Numbered from the stretch's first letter, positions 24,701-33,760 are shown. The stretch: DNA of 53,470 nt from a virus (IMGVR_UViG_3300023301_000001:1-53470), one strand, 5' to 3'. The notes: generated by a model not told the origin, from the letters alone. Program-made: numbers and translations.

Positions 24701-24985
24701 ATGCCGACCGTCGCTGATGTCATCGTATCGCTCCAGCAGTACCCGCTCGGGGCTGACATGGTTGTCGCAATCCCGGACGTGGAGGATGGCGGGCTCCTCG
24801 GGATGAACTTTGAGCCGGTCCGGGGCTTTGTCCAGACCACCGTCAACGCCATCAACGAGGAGGGCGCGGTGGTCCGCGAGGCCGTCGTGATCATCTTTGA
24901 TCCTCGGATGAGCGAGGCCCTGACCAACTCCGATGAGGTCCAGAGCGAGCGAGCGCCGAGCGCGGAGCCGGAGGACTTCTCATGA
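24701..24985 (+). CDS. Hypothetical protein
   Basis: AAGGAG RBS. Confidence 0.7.
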   Translation: MPTVADVIVSLQQYPLGADMVVAIPDVEDGGLLGMNFEPVRGFVQTTVNAINEEGAVVREAVVIIFDPRMSEALTNSDEVQSERAPSAEPEDFS

Positions 24986-25389
24986 CCGATGCCGAGCCGC
25001 TCGCGGTCGCAGACCTGTTCAGGATCTCCGACTGGTTTGATGGCGACACGCATTTCATTGAGGGGCTCATCTCACCGCGCGAACTCGGCGCGACTGTCGG
25101 CGCTCTCTCGGAGATGGACGGCGAGGACCTGGACCCATATGAGACGCCGACCACGCAGGTGGAGTACATCTCTGCGGCAGGCGCGACGTTGAAGCGGAAG
25201 ATGACGCACGCGCTGGAGGAGTTGGCATGGTCCAGATTCGTCATCCCGCTCGGCTACCTCTCCAAGGTTGTCGGCGGCTCCTTCAAAGGCTATCAACGCG
25301 GCTTCTCAGACATGGCCGCTCACCCGGCATCATTCCAGTGGCAGTACCTTCCCGGAGACTCCGGGATGAAGGCAGGAGACCGACTATGA
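24982..25389 (+). CDS. Hypothetical protein
   Basis: GGAGG RBS, ATGA overlap. Confidence 0.7.
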   Translation: MTDAEPLAVADLFRISDWFDGDTHFIEGLISPRELGATVGALSEMDGEDLDPYETPTTQVEYISAAGATLKRKMTHALEELAWSRFVIPLGYLSKVVGGSFKGYQRGFSDMAAHPASFQWQYLPGDSGMKAGDRL

Positions 25390-25733
25390 CAGACCCAATC
25401 GACCTCAAGAAGGTCCGGGCGCCGGAGGCGCTCGCGATTGCCAAGCGAGCGAACACCGCCATCGACGCGCTCCAGGCGAGGAACGACAAGCAGAAGGAGG
25501 CCGTTGACCGGCTCTCGGGCCGGAACACGCGAGCGCTGGAGATCCTCACGACGGCTCGGCGCTCGGGAAGTGGCGAGCGGGATCTCCGCGACGCCGTGGT
25601 CAAGGCGTTGGATGAGTTGGACCCGCTATCCCTCGTGACGCGAGACTCCGCGTGGGCCAAACCTGTTGCGGAGCGTGGGGACGTTGGCGCCTCCCCACCC
25701 GAGCCTTCAACCCGGGCTAGGGAGGAGGGCTGA
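25386..25733 (+). CDS. Hypothetical coiled-coil protein (MTDPIDL...)
   Basis: AGGAG RBS, ATGA overlap. Confidence 0.65.
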   Translation: MTDPIDLKKVRAPEALAIAKRANTAIDALQARNDKQKEAVDRLSGRNTRALEILTTARRSGSGERDLRDAVVKALDELDPLSLVTRDSAWAKPVAERGDVGASPPEPSTRAREEG

Positions 25734-25791
25734 ATGGCTCTCAACACAGGAGGCGGGCTCCTACGGGCTCCGGGTGGGAGAGCGGGGCGAC

Positions 25792-26430
25792 ATGTCGGAA
25801 CTTGATATGGGCGACCTGGTCATCCCGGTCAAGGTCCTGGACACGGGCGACCGCTGGAGCGAGGCGAATGCTGATGAGATCCTTTGGTGGCCTCGCATTC
25901 TGTGGATCGACCCGGGCACGGTCTCGGGCGTAGCGGTGGTTTGGTTTGATCCTCGGGCCGTACTCGGAGAGCAGAGGCTGGCCAAGCAGATACTCGCCTA
26001 CAGCGAGATCATGCTGACCGGCCCGGAGATCGGGCCAAGTGGAGTCGCGGAACGCTTCATGCTACTCGCTCGGCTCCTCAGCGCAGAGGGCTCTCCGGGG
26101 CTCGCGGTCGGATCTGAGTCATTCATCCCGAGGCAGATGAACATGTCCAGTGAGTTCCTCTCGCCGGTCCGGATCACGGCCATGATTTCATACGGCTTGT
26201 CGATGGAGCCGGAGCCCTTCCGCAAGCCGCTGTACAAGCAGAGCCCTTCTGACGCTCTGGGTTCATTCGGCAATGATAGGCTCCGGCCTCTGCGGATGTA
26301 CACCCCGGGACCGGACCACATGAATGACGCCAAGCGGCACTGCCTCCTCTGGGTCCGGAAACTCAGCGGTCTCACACAAGAAGAATTGGAACAGCGCCAT
26401 GGCGCGGAATCAGGATGGTGGGAAGAATGA
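25792..26430 (+). CDS. RuvC-like Holliday junction resolvase / RNase H-fold nuclease
   Basis: ILWIDPGTVSGVAVV, GSE, HMNDAKRH. Confidence 0.7.
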   Translation: MSELDMGDLVIPVKVLDTGDRWSEANADEILWWPRILWIDPGTVSGVAVVWFDPRAVLGEQRLAKQILAYSEIMLTGPEIGPSGVAERFMLLARLLSAEGSPGLAVGSESFIPRQMNMSSEFLSPVRITAMISYGLSMEPEPFRKPLYKQSPSDALGSFGNDRLRPLRMYTPGPDHMNDAKRHCLLWVRKLSGLTQEELEQRHGAESGWWEE

Positions 26431-26585
26431 GCAAGCAGTTTGAGGTCACGTTTGCCCTCCAAGCCGAGGATGGGCTATCGGCAAAGTCCATCGGGAGCGC
26501 TCTCAGTCTGCTGGTGAATCCGCCGACGCTCCCGCCCGGGCTCGCCATCATTTCGCAAGTCACCAAGGAGATCTCTGATGAGTAA
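26427..26585 (+). CDS. Small hypothetical protein, 52 aa (MSKQFEVTF...); not in the ORF track
   Basis: ATGA overlap; fills the gap exactly. Confidence 0.6.
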   Translation: MSKQFEVTFALQAEDGLSAKSIGSALSLLVNPPTLPPGLAIISQVTKEISDE

Positions 26586-26796
26586 GCGCAAGCGGGTACC
26601 GGGCGAATTTGACACCCCGATTTGGTGGCACGATATCCCGACCGGCTTGATGGTCAGAGAGCGCGTGAAGCACTACATCATCAGCGACGGGCTCGGCGTA
26701 TTCGTGTTTGCCCGGAAGGACAACGAGGAGACTATGCGAGCCTACGCGGAGACCGTCAGCCGCTACAAGGAGTTCCAAGCAGGTTCAAGCGCATGA
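26578..26796 (+). CDS. Hypothetical protein
   Basis: AAGGAG RBS. Confidence 0.65.
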   Translation: MSKRKRVPGEFDTPIWWHDIPTGLMVRERVKHYIISDGLGVFVFARKDNEETMRAYAETVSRYKEFQAGSSA

Positions 26797-27035
26797 GCCT
26801 AAGCATCGGAGCCGGCATCGGGGTCTTGCTCACCGTGCTCGGGCTCATCGCCGGGAACTTCAGCGATGCGTATGAGTTCCCGCGACCGGGCAAGCACTTC
26901 AGCGAGAGCGCAAGAACCAAGTTTGACCAAATGTCGGCGTTTTGGGCCGTGGCTTCATTCATCCTGATCTCTGTAGGGCTGTTGGCTCTCCTGGGGTCGG
27001 GAATCAACTACATCATAAAGGAGATAGCATCATGA
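26793..27035 (+). CDS. Small membrane protein (2 TM)
   Basis: Two hydrophobic helices; ATGA overlaps. Confidence 0.65.
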   Translation: MSLSIGAGIGVLLTVLGLIAGNFSDAYEFPRPGKHFSESARTKFDQMSAFWAVASFILISVGLLALLGSGINYIIKEIAS

Positions 27036-28096
27036 CAGATCAGAAGTGCGGAGCGGTCTCACCCGGAGTTAGCGATGAGACCTGCGAGTTCAAAGAAGGT
27101 CACCAAGGCCCGCATGTCGGGAACTCGGGCAACCACTGGATGGAATCCGGGCACGCTGCTCCTGCTAAGGCCCCGCCGACGCGCGGCGACCTTGCCAAGC
27201 AGTTCACCGAGTGGAAGCGCCTCGGCGTGACTTCTCAGTCTATCCGCTACGCGCTCGCACAGGCGTTTCACGAGGGCTCCACCTCGCTCCCGAAGATCCA
27301 GCAGGCCGTTCAAGAAGGTCTCGGAGCCGCGAGCGTTTGTTGGGATGCGGATGGCGTGTTCATGTCCGAGCGAGCGCTGGAGATCTCCGACAAGATCATG
27401 GGAGTGATCCTCCCGGCGCTCCGGGAAGGAGTCATCGCTGACAAGGCCCGGAATGATGGCAAGTGGGGTGAGGAGTCGATGGCCCGGTTCATCCTCCCGC
27501 ATGGGTTCGTGGTCACCGCCGACGGCTGGACCGCGCAGAGGTTCGGACCTGACTTGCGCTTCCGCCAGGAGGATGCCGAGACCTCATACATGCTCCAGGA
27601 GGAGAAGGGCGTGACAGACGCTTCCATCGCAGGGAACTACCTCAAAGGGCTCCTTGGCGAGACCGAGCGCCGGTACAGCATCCGACGCCGGCAAATGCGG
27701 CTCCAGATCGGCTGGGTCAAGGACATCGCCGAGGTCATCGACTCCCGAGTTGGCGAGGTTGTCGCGGTATGGGAGCGCCAGCGCCAAGCGACCGACTTGC
27801 CAGAGTCCATCGTGTGGCCTGCTCGCGTGTCTGGCGGGCTCGCTGGCGGCTCTGAATTCCGGTGGGCTTGGAGGGTGATTCAGTTTGACACGCTTCTCCC
27901 TCACCTCGCAGAGGGCCGAGCCCGCGAACTTCAAGCCGAGCAGATTGTCGGTCAGTCTGCGCTCAACGCCGCGCTCGGCGAGGTGGCCAGCAACGGCGAC
28001 AGCGGCCAGTACCGGGGTCAAGCGGCGCTTGACGCGGTGGACGGTCCGCCGGTCAAGGTCGACTCCGACCGGATGGACCGGGGCGACCTCTCATGA
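27032..28096 (+). CDS. Hypothetical protein
   Basis: AAGGAG RBS; N-terminal C...C...GH.G.H motif. Confidence 0.75.
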   Translation: MTDQKCGAVSPGVSDETCEFKEGHQGPHVGNSGNHWMESGHAAPAKAPPTRGDLAKQFTEWKRLGVTSQSIRYALAQAFHEGSTSLPKIQQAVQEGLGAASVCWDADGVFMSERALEISDKIMGVILPALREGVIADKARNDGKWGEESMARFILPHGFVVTADGWTAQRFGPDLRFRQEDAETSYMLQEEKGVTDASIAGNYLKGLLGETERRYSIRRRQMRLQIGWVKDIAEVIDSRVGEVVAVWERQRQATDLPESIVWPARVSGGLAGGSEFRWAWRVIQFDTLLPHLAEGRARELQAEQIVGQSALNAALGEVASNGDSGQYRGQAALDAVDGPPVKVDSDRMDRGDLS

Positions 28097-28284
28097 GCGA
28101 TGACAAGATCTTGATCATCAAGAAGGTGATCAGAGACCACCGTGCCAGAGGATCTCGCGGGATGGTTGCTGTGTGCGACTGCGGCTGGCGCGGTGATACC
28201 TTTGACAGACGAGGCGACCACGAGCGCCACGTTGCCTTTGAGGTTGAGAAGGCGCTAGAGACACTGAGCGAGGCCGGACGATGA
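28093..28284 (+). CDS. Small Zn-finger-like protein (H...CDCGW...H..H)
   Basis: ATGA overlaps. Confidence 0.65.
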   Translation: MSDDKILIIKKVIRDHRARGSRGMVAVCDCGWRGDTFDRRGDHERHVAFEVEKALETLSEAGR

Positions 28285-28469
28285 GCGCCCGTGAGAATGC
28301 GGGCGCACCACTACCGCGCCTAGACGCCGACGTACTCGCTGAGGTGAGGGCGCTACGGGCATTCGCGGAGGCGGTGCGCTTGGCCAGTCTTGACCCGCTC
28401 AACTGGGTGGAGTTCGGTGCACGAGTGGAAAAGGCGCTCGCCATCCTCGACGAGGAGGCCAGACGATGA
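28281..28469 (+). CDS. Hypothetical protein
   Basis: Bounded by junction repeats. Confidence 0.65.
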   Translation: MSARENAGAPLPRLDADVLAEVRALRAFAEAVRLASLDPLNWVEFGARVEKALAILDEEARR

Positions 28470-28831
28470 AGCGCACAGACGAGATGCAGGGTCGGAGATT
28501 GCCTGACGTTGATGCCCGCGAAGGCGCAACCAACATCATCCCCCGCATGAGCCCTGGCGACTACGTGAAGGTGCTGAACTTCCCAGGTGTTCCACCCGCG
28601 TCGAACCTGACCGGAGGCACGTGGTACGTCAAGACACCGAATGGACTGTCCGGGAATCTTCACGCACACACCGTCCGTGAGGAGGTTGACGGGTCGATCA
28701 CCGTAAAGCCCGGCGACGGGTCGAGTAACTCTATCCTCGTCAACGGTGGCGACCGGGGCTCCTGGCACGGGTATATCACTCGTGGCCTTTGGTGGAGTCT
28801 CACGTCCCTCGACCCCGAGGCCGGACGATGA
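28466..28831 (+). CDS. DUF6527-like protein
   Basis: H...DGSITVKP...SIL...WHGYITRG.W pattern. Confidence 0.55.
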   Translation: MKRTDEMQGRRLPDVDAREGATNIIPRMSPGDYVKVLNFPGVPPASNLTGGTWYVKTPNGLSGNLHAHTVREEVDGSITVKPGDGSSNSILVNGGDRGSWHGYITRGLWWSLTSLDPEAGR

Positions 28832-29301
28832 GCGGCGGGCGATGCCCGGAATGCCGAGCCGGGAAGCACGGAAACTGCACCGGCTGGGCGCTCGGTCCGG
28901 ATGACGAGATGGTGGCGTGCCCGTGTGAATGCCAAGACGGTCTCGGCGAGATCCGGGACTTTGGGCAGATCGCGACCAAGGCCGCAGAGAACATGCGCCA
29001 GAGCATGGAGCGCTTTAACCGGGAGCGGAGCAAGAAGGTCCGCCCGGGCTCGCTCCTCGGGCACCTTGATGACGGTCTGAATGCTGGCTTCCCGGCTGGT
29101 GTTATCTCGGCGCTACCTCTCGGAGATCTCCCGAGCGCTCCCGAGATCCCGCGCTGGGATTCGCCCGAGGGCCTGCGGAAAGCGGCTGAGGGATGGCCGC
29201 GCCTGCTCCGCGCTATGGATGCCAAGCCGATGTCTCCGGAGGCTTGGGCGGCCATGCTCGGGACACCTCCCGATGCCGAGCCTCCGCCAGACGGGCCATA
29301 A
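28828..29301 (+). CDS. Hypothetical protein with N-terminal Cys cluster (CPECRAGKHGNC...CPCEC)
   Basis: ATGA overlap; Zn-ligand motif. Confidence 0.65.
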   Translation: MSGGRCPECRAGKHGNCTGWALGPDDEMVACPCECQDGLGEIRDFGQIATKAAENMRQSMERFNRERSKKVRPGSLLGHLDDGLNAGFPAGVISALPLGDLPSAPEIPRWDSPEGLRKAAEGWPRLLRAMDAKPMSPEAWAAMLGTPPDAEPPPDGP

Positions 29302-29401
29302 ATCCATTTTGTTTCGGCGGAATGGGTTCACACTAATTCACCAGAAATCCTGTGCATTTCCCCATAGCGCTGCAATAAAAGCAGCCCGCGCCGGAGCCGG
29401 G

Positions 29402-29700
29402 CAAGGGTCTAGGGGTCAACACACATCCACACATTCCACACATTTTCACACAATCGTTCCTCAGATCTCACACAATATTGTGGGGGAACTCACACAATAA
29501 TGGAAAAGGCCCTCAGGAAACTCACACATTTATTGTGTGAAGATTGTGTGGAATGTGTGGCCGTGAAAGTTCGGGAGGATCTCGGGGAGCCGGCAGGCGG
29601 GCGTATCGGAAACAACCCGGGAAATTGTAAGGTAAAAGGTATATAAGCAGTTTGTATAGTCTTCTTCTTCTTCTTCTGTATATAGGTGTTTTGTTGAGGA
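29402..29700. repeat. Origin-like iteron element, copy B
   Basis: CACACA(A/T)T direct repeats, inverted ATTGTGTG repeats, (TTC)5, TATATAGGTGTTTT; homologous to 7083-7380. Confidence 0.75.
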
Positions 29701-29736
29701 GGGGGTCAATGTGAATTCTCCGGTAGACTCGTGAAT

Positions 29737-30042
29737 ATGAAAAGCATCTATGAGGATCTGTTCGGGGTCCGGCATCGCGGTCCGGGTCGACCGGGAACTG
29801 AGACCATGTTCCCGGGTGCTGGGGTATCTCGGCTGATTGCGGATGTCGCTCGGCGACGCGCGTATGCCGTGGTCCATGAGGAGGAGAAGGAGCGTCTGAT
29901 GGAGGTGTTCGCCGTGGAGCGCGAAGTGCTCAAGGCTCGCGGCGTTGAAAGGGTAATGAAGGACATCGGCAAAGGCGCGGAAGTGCCCTTGCCTGGCGAA
30001 GGCAAAGGCGCGGAAGCGTCTGGGCCTGAGAAGGGAGCCTGA
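29737..30042 (+). CDS. Hypothetical protein (possibly leaderless)
   Basis: ATG 7 nt after a GG-TAGACT -10-like element; no RBS. Confidence 0.55.
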   Translation: MKSIYEDLFGVRHRGPGRPGTETMFPGAGVSRLIADVARRRAYAVVHEEEKERLMEVFAVEREVLKARGVERVMKDIGKGAEVPLPGEGKGAEASGPEKGA

Positions 30043-30043
30043 C

Positions 30044-30259
30044 ATGGCAACAGGACGGTATGAGACTGAGTACGGTGGCGGGCCGGGAATCCATGAGTCA
30101 GATCCGGACGGCAACCCGCGCAAACTCTCGGTCGGTGAGGAGGCCCTCAAGATCCGCATGGCCGGTATCCGTGACCACGGCATTCTGGAGGCTCCGAGCG
30201 TTGTCCATGAGTTGGGCTCGCCGGGCGGACCGTTTGGAGAGGTTATTGATGATGCGTGA
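30044..30259 (+). CDS. Hypothetical protein
   Basis: AAGGGAG RBS. Confidence 0.55.
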   Translation: MATGRYETEYGGGPGIHESDPDGNPRKLSVGEEALKIRMAGIRDHGILEAPSVVHELGSPGGPFGEVIDDA

Positions 30260-30899
30260 TTTCCTGAGGAATGGCGGCGTGGTGCGGTATCGGCGAGGCG
30301 AGCGGCGAGCGAACGCTCTGGTGATGGACATGCTTCTGGGCGATGGAGGCGAGGATGGCGGCGAGGAGACCGATGTCCAATTCTATGAGATGGTTGCGCT
30401 CGGCTTTGACCTTGATACGGTCGCGAACGCCGACACGCGGATTGCGGACTTGCTGCAGTCGACTGTTCGCGACACCGTAGGCCAGGGCTTGGGTGTTGAG
30501 CCGGTTGTGGTTGATGATGAGACGCTCTCGGCGCGTATCGGAATGACCGTTGAGAGAAGTGCTGGCGCTGCTGGCTTGGTTCCTGGTTTGGTTTCTGGTG
30601 CTGGTTTGATCTGGGCTGATATGCGGAACTCGGCTGCTGATCCTCGGCGAGACTTTACGGTCTCGGGCGCAGTGGTCCGGGCTGCTATTGTCGATCTCGG
30701 ATGTAAGCCGGTGGTGGTTTGGCACTCGCATTTGCAGAAGGTCGGGCCGAGCGATGAGGATGTGATGAATTTCCCGGGCTGGCTCGCCGAGCGGGGCTCC
30801 ATCTATACGGTCCGAAGCAACGTCACAACCATGTACGGCAATTCTGTCGCCAAATCCTCCGCTAGTCCAGAGCAAGCAGAAGGCTCGCGACATGGGTAG
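30249..30899 (+). CDS. JAB/MPN (Mov34) domain protein
   Basis: MRN...F...VVVWHSH-x5-PS..D JAMM metal motif. Confidence 0.7.
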   Translation: MMRDFLRNGGVVRYRRGERRANALVMDMLLGDGGEDGGEETDVQFYEMVALGFDLDTVANADTRIADLLQSTVRDTVGQGLGVEPVVVDDETLSARIGMTVERSAGAAGLVPGLVSGAGLIWADMRNSAADPRRDFTVSGAVVRAAIVDLGCKPVVVWHSHLQKVGPSDEDVMNFPGWLAERGSIYTVRSNVTTMYGNSVAKSSASPEQAEGSRHG

Positions 30900-31380
30900 T
30901 GTGAGCCGACGGCGACCAGATCAGAGGCCGTTGACCAGGCGCGTGTCGACCAAGGTCCCGGACCGCTACCTGATGTTCATCGCTGGCGAGATCTCGGTGG
31001 AGGATCTGGACGATGAGGAGATCTTCAGAGGCCAACTCCGCAACAAGTCAGGATCATTCGCAGGCCGTCCACCAAATTACGTTCCGCGCGAGTTCGCCAT
31101 CGCAGTACAGCACGAGGCCGCGCGGCGCTTCATGGCCGAGATCGGCGGGCTGGTTCCCGAGAGCCTCGCCGCAGTGCAGCGCGTCCTGGAGAAGCGGCAC
31201 CCGCAGCCCGGCGACGGCGCGACGGTACAAGCCGCCTTCAAAGTCTTGGAGCGGTTCGCAGGGCGAGTTCCTGAGACGCTCCGGCTGGACACCGGGAAGG
31301 TCTCCAAGTGGGATGAGTCGGTGCAGCAGGTCATCCAAGAGGAGATCATCGACGCCGAGATTGTGGAGGAGGAACCATGA
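30892..31380 (+). CDS. Putative terminase small subunit
   Basis: LDDEEIFRGQLRNKSGSFAGRPP, helical body, LERFAGRVP, IIDAEIVEE tail; upstream of large terminase. Confidence 0.55.
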   Translation: MGSVSRRRPDQRPLTRRVSTKVPDRYLMFIAGEISVEDLDDEEIFRGQLRNKSGSFAGRPPNYVPREFAIAVQHEAARRFMAEIGGLVPESLAAVQRVLEKRHPQPGDGATVQAAFKVLERFAGRVPETLRLDTGKVSKWDESVQQVIQEEIIDAEIVEEEP

Positions 31381-31601
31381 GCCAGATGCGCTTGTCGATC
31401 ACTACAGAGCCGAGCCCGGAGAAGAACACGCCGCCAGAGGTCCGGATCTCATTTGACCCACGGGAGGATGGCAATGTGGAGGTCGCTCTCCACTCGGTCG
31501 GCTTCACAGACAGCGGCGCGCTCTCCCGGGCGCTCCGAGCGGTCGCCGACGCAATCCCTGGCGAGGAGTCCGGGCGGCGCTTCCGACCGAGGCCGCTGTG
31601 A
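31377..31601 (+). CDS. Hypothetical protein
   Basis: GGAGG RBS, ATGA overlap. Confidence 0.65.
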   Translation: MSQMRLSITTEPSPEKNTPPEVRISFDPREDGNVEVALHSVGFTDSGALSRALRAVADAIPGEESGRRFRPRPL

Positions 31602-31882
31602 GCGAGCCCGAGGCCGACACGCTAGTGGCGATTGACGCCGCTATCAAGGCCCATGTCAAGGCCATGTTTGAACGGGATGACAGCATCGATGTCCTCTCTC
31701 TGGTGACCGGCTGGGCAGTTGCCTTTGAGGTCCAGTCTCTGGAGGCGGGCGTGGTGGTCTGGGGCAACGACTATGCGGTTGCTGAGACTACCTCGCTCAA
31801 CTCCTCGGTCGGGCTCGCGGTCTGGCTGGCTGATGAGTTGCGCGAGATCCGAGCCGACGCGAATGAGGAGGATGACGAATGA
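31598..31882 (+). CDS. Hypothetical protein (paralogous to the C-terminus of the next gene)
   Basis: VTGWAVAFE...SSVGL. Confidence 0.7.
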   Translation: MSEPEADTLVAIDAAIKAHVKAMFERDDSIDVLSLVTGWAVAFEVQSLEAGVVVWGNDYAVAETTSLNSSVGLAVWLADELREIRADANEEDDE

Positions 31883-32325
31883 TGAACGTATCGGAGTTAC
31901 TGAAGGCGCACGAGATCCACGGCATCACCTGCTCTTGCGGATGGGAGGTCGTGGCCCTGGGGAAGTCCATCGCGAAGGAGTACCGCAAGCACCTGATGGA
32001 GGTCGCTGAGGAGAATGGCCAGGAGCCCGAGGCTGGCAAAGAAGCCGCACGCGCCGAGGTAGGCCGGGCCATCTCCGCATACGCCGCCATAGTGGTCCGG
32101 GAGCGCTCTGAGGACGCTCACGAGCACGACTGTGAGGAGCCGGAGTGCGAGGAGGGCGTGGACTATGGGCCGGATGCGTTCGTGCTTGGTTGGGCGGTCG
32201 CTCTGGAGTACAGCACCATCGCTCTGGAGAAGGCCACAAAGTCCGGGAACATCCACATCGTCGCCGAGTCACAGGCGTTTGCCACCTCGGTCGGGCTGTT
32301 CACGATGGCCGCTCGGGAGTTCTGA
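31879..32325 (+). CDS. Hypothetical protein with N-terminal CSCGW motif
   Basis: VLGWAVALE...TSVGL. Confidence 0.7.
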   Translation: MMNVSELLKAHEIHGITCSCGWEVVALGKSIAKEYRKHLMEVAEENGQEPEAGKEAARAEVGRAISAYAAIVVRERSEDAHEHDCEEPECEEGVDYGPDAFVLGWAVALEYSTIALEKATKSGNIHIVAESQAFATSVGLFTMAAREF

Positions 32326-33734
32326 TGGACGAGAGCCGAGTGCTGAAGGTCTCTCAGTCTGAGGCGTTTGAGATCGCACGATACACGCCGCACGAGATCC
32401 AGAGGCGAGCCCACGCCGCTCGCGCCACGTCCCGCTTCCGGGTGATGGACGCCGGTCGACGGTTCGGCAAGTCCGTAGTGGGTGGCCACGATCTCTATGC
32501 CGCTGCCTTTGATGCGTACGCTCGCCGGGCCGAATATGAGCCAAAGGGCAAGCGCGCGGAGTACTGGATCGTGGGACCGGAGTACACGGATGCAGAGAAG
32601 GAGTTCAGGGTGCTGTACAACGCGCTCCTCCGCTCCGGCGCAGAGTTTGACAAGCCCGGAACCTACTATGACGTGGGCGGCGGGAACATGCACATCTCGC
32701 TGTTCGGCGGGCGCTACCAAGTCCACGCCAAGTCCGCCAAGTACCCGGACACGCTGGTTGGAGAAGGGCTCCACGGAATCATCATCGCCGAGGCCGCCAA
32801 GATGAAGGCGAGCGTCTGGCCAAAGTACCTCCGGCCTATGCTTGCCGACTATCGCGGGTGGGCGCTGATGGCGTCGACCCCGGAAGGCCGCAACTGGTTC
32901 TATGACTCCTTCATGCGGGGCCAAGATCCCGAGCAGCCGAACTGGTGGAGCGTCCGGGCTCCGGCGTGGGCCAACCCTCACTTGTTCCCGCTAGGCCGGA
33001 TGGACCCCGAGATCCTCGACATGGAAGGCGACATGCCAGAGGAGAAGTTCAAGCAGGAGATCGGCGCGGAGTTCACCGAGTTTGTCGGGCGGGTGTTCAA
33101 GGACTTTGACGAGGAGACCCACGTTGGCAACTATCGCTACAACCCGCGCTGGCCTCTGGTGATCGCGACAGACTATGGATTCACCAACCCCAACGTCGCG
33201 CTATTCATGCAGTGGGACAACTGGGACAACGTCTGGATCTGCGCCGAGTATTACGCGCACAACCGGACCTCGCACGAGTTCGCTGAGGACATCCTCAAGG
33301 ACCCCATCCTGGCTCCGCTCGCCCGAGCCGCCACGCTCCTGTACCCAGACCCGGAGGACCCGGGAGCGACCGCGACCATCGCCAAGGCCTGGGGCGTAAC
33401 ACCGCGAGGCAACACCGGAGGGCTCCTCAAGGACCGTCTGGACCTAATCCGCCGATGGCTCCGACCGCAGCCCTTAGAATTGGAGGACGGGCACCCGGAG
33501 AAACTGCCCAAACTCCACGTCGACTTCTCCTGCCGGAACACCATCCGCGAGATGAGCGAGTACCGCTACCCGGAGACCCGGGATGAGGTCCGCAATCCCG
33601 TGGAGAATCCCGTCAAGAAGGATGACCACACGACAGAAGCGCTCACCCGCTTCTTTGGCGGCCATTACGGCAAGAAGGCCGGAGTGTCTGTGCCAGCCAA
33701 GGTATCATCCGCGCGCATCAGGCGGGCGCGGTAG
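32325..33734 (+). CDS. terL: Terminase large subunit
   Basis: AGRRFGKS Walker A, IIAEAA Walker B, STPEGRNWFY, TDYGFTNP nuclease, DDHTTEAL; ATG 32325 coupled to upstream TGA. Confidence 0.95.
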   Translation: MDESRVLKVSQSEAFEIARYTPHEIQRRAHAARATSRFRVMDAGRRFGKSVVGGHDLYAAAFDAYARRAEYEPKGKRAEYWIVGPEYTDAEKEFRVLYNALLRSGAEFDKPGTYYDVGGGNMHISLFGGRYQVHAKSAKYPDTLVGEGLHGIIIAEAAKMKASVWPKYLRPMLADYRGWALMASTPEGRNWFYDSFMRGQDPEQPNWWSVRAPAWANPHLFPLGRMDPEILDMEGDMPEEKFKQEIGAEFTEFVGRVFKDFDEETHVGNYRYNPRWPLVIATDYGFTNPNVALFMQWDNWDNVWICAEYYAHNRTSHEFAEDILKDPILAPLARAATLLYPDPEDPGATATIAKAWGVTPRGNTGGLLKDRLDLIRRWLRPQPLELEDGHPEKLPKLHVDFSCRNTIREMSEYRYPETRDEVRNPVENPVKKDDHTTEALTRFFGGHYGKKAGVSVPAKVSSARIRRAR

Positions 33735-33760
33735 GATCGACACAGAACAGGAGGCTGATC

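Larger units (their letters stand above)
28269..28834 (+). repeat. 19-bp direct repeat CGAGGCCGGACGATGAGCG (28269-28287, 28816-28834) with a degenerate middle copy GAGGCCAGACGATGA (28455-28469)
   Basis: Read directly; each copy is an RBS plus ATGA gene junction. Confidence 0.9.

Noticed and set aside
25734-25805. 23-codon ORF with a strong GGAGGAGG RBS just before the RuvC-like gene
   Set aside because: Too short and Gly/Arg low-complexity to support; it may only couple translation to the nuclease, and I found no convincing recoding signal.
29968-30016. 16-bp direct repeat GGCAAAGGCGCGGAAG
   Set aside because: In-frame coding duplication (GKGAE twice) in a low-complexity tail; no sign of mobility.
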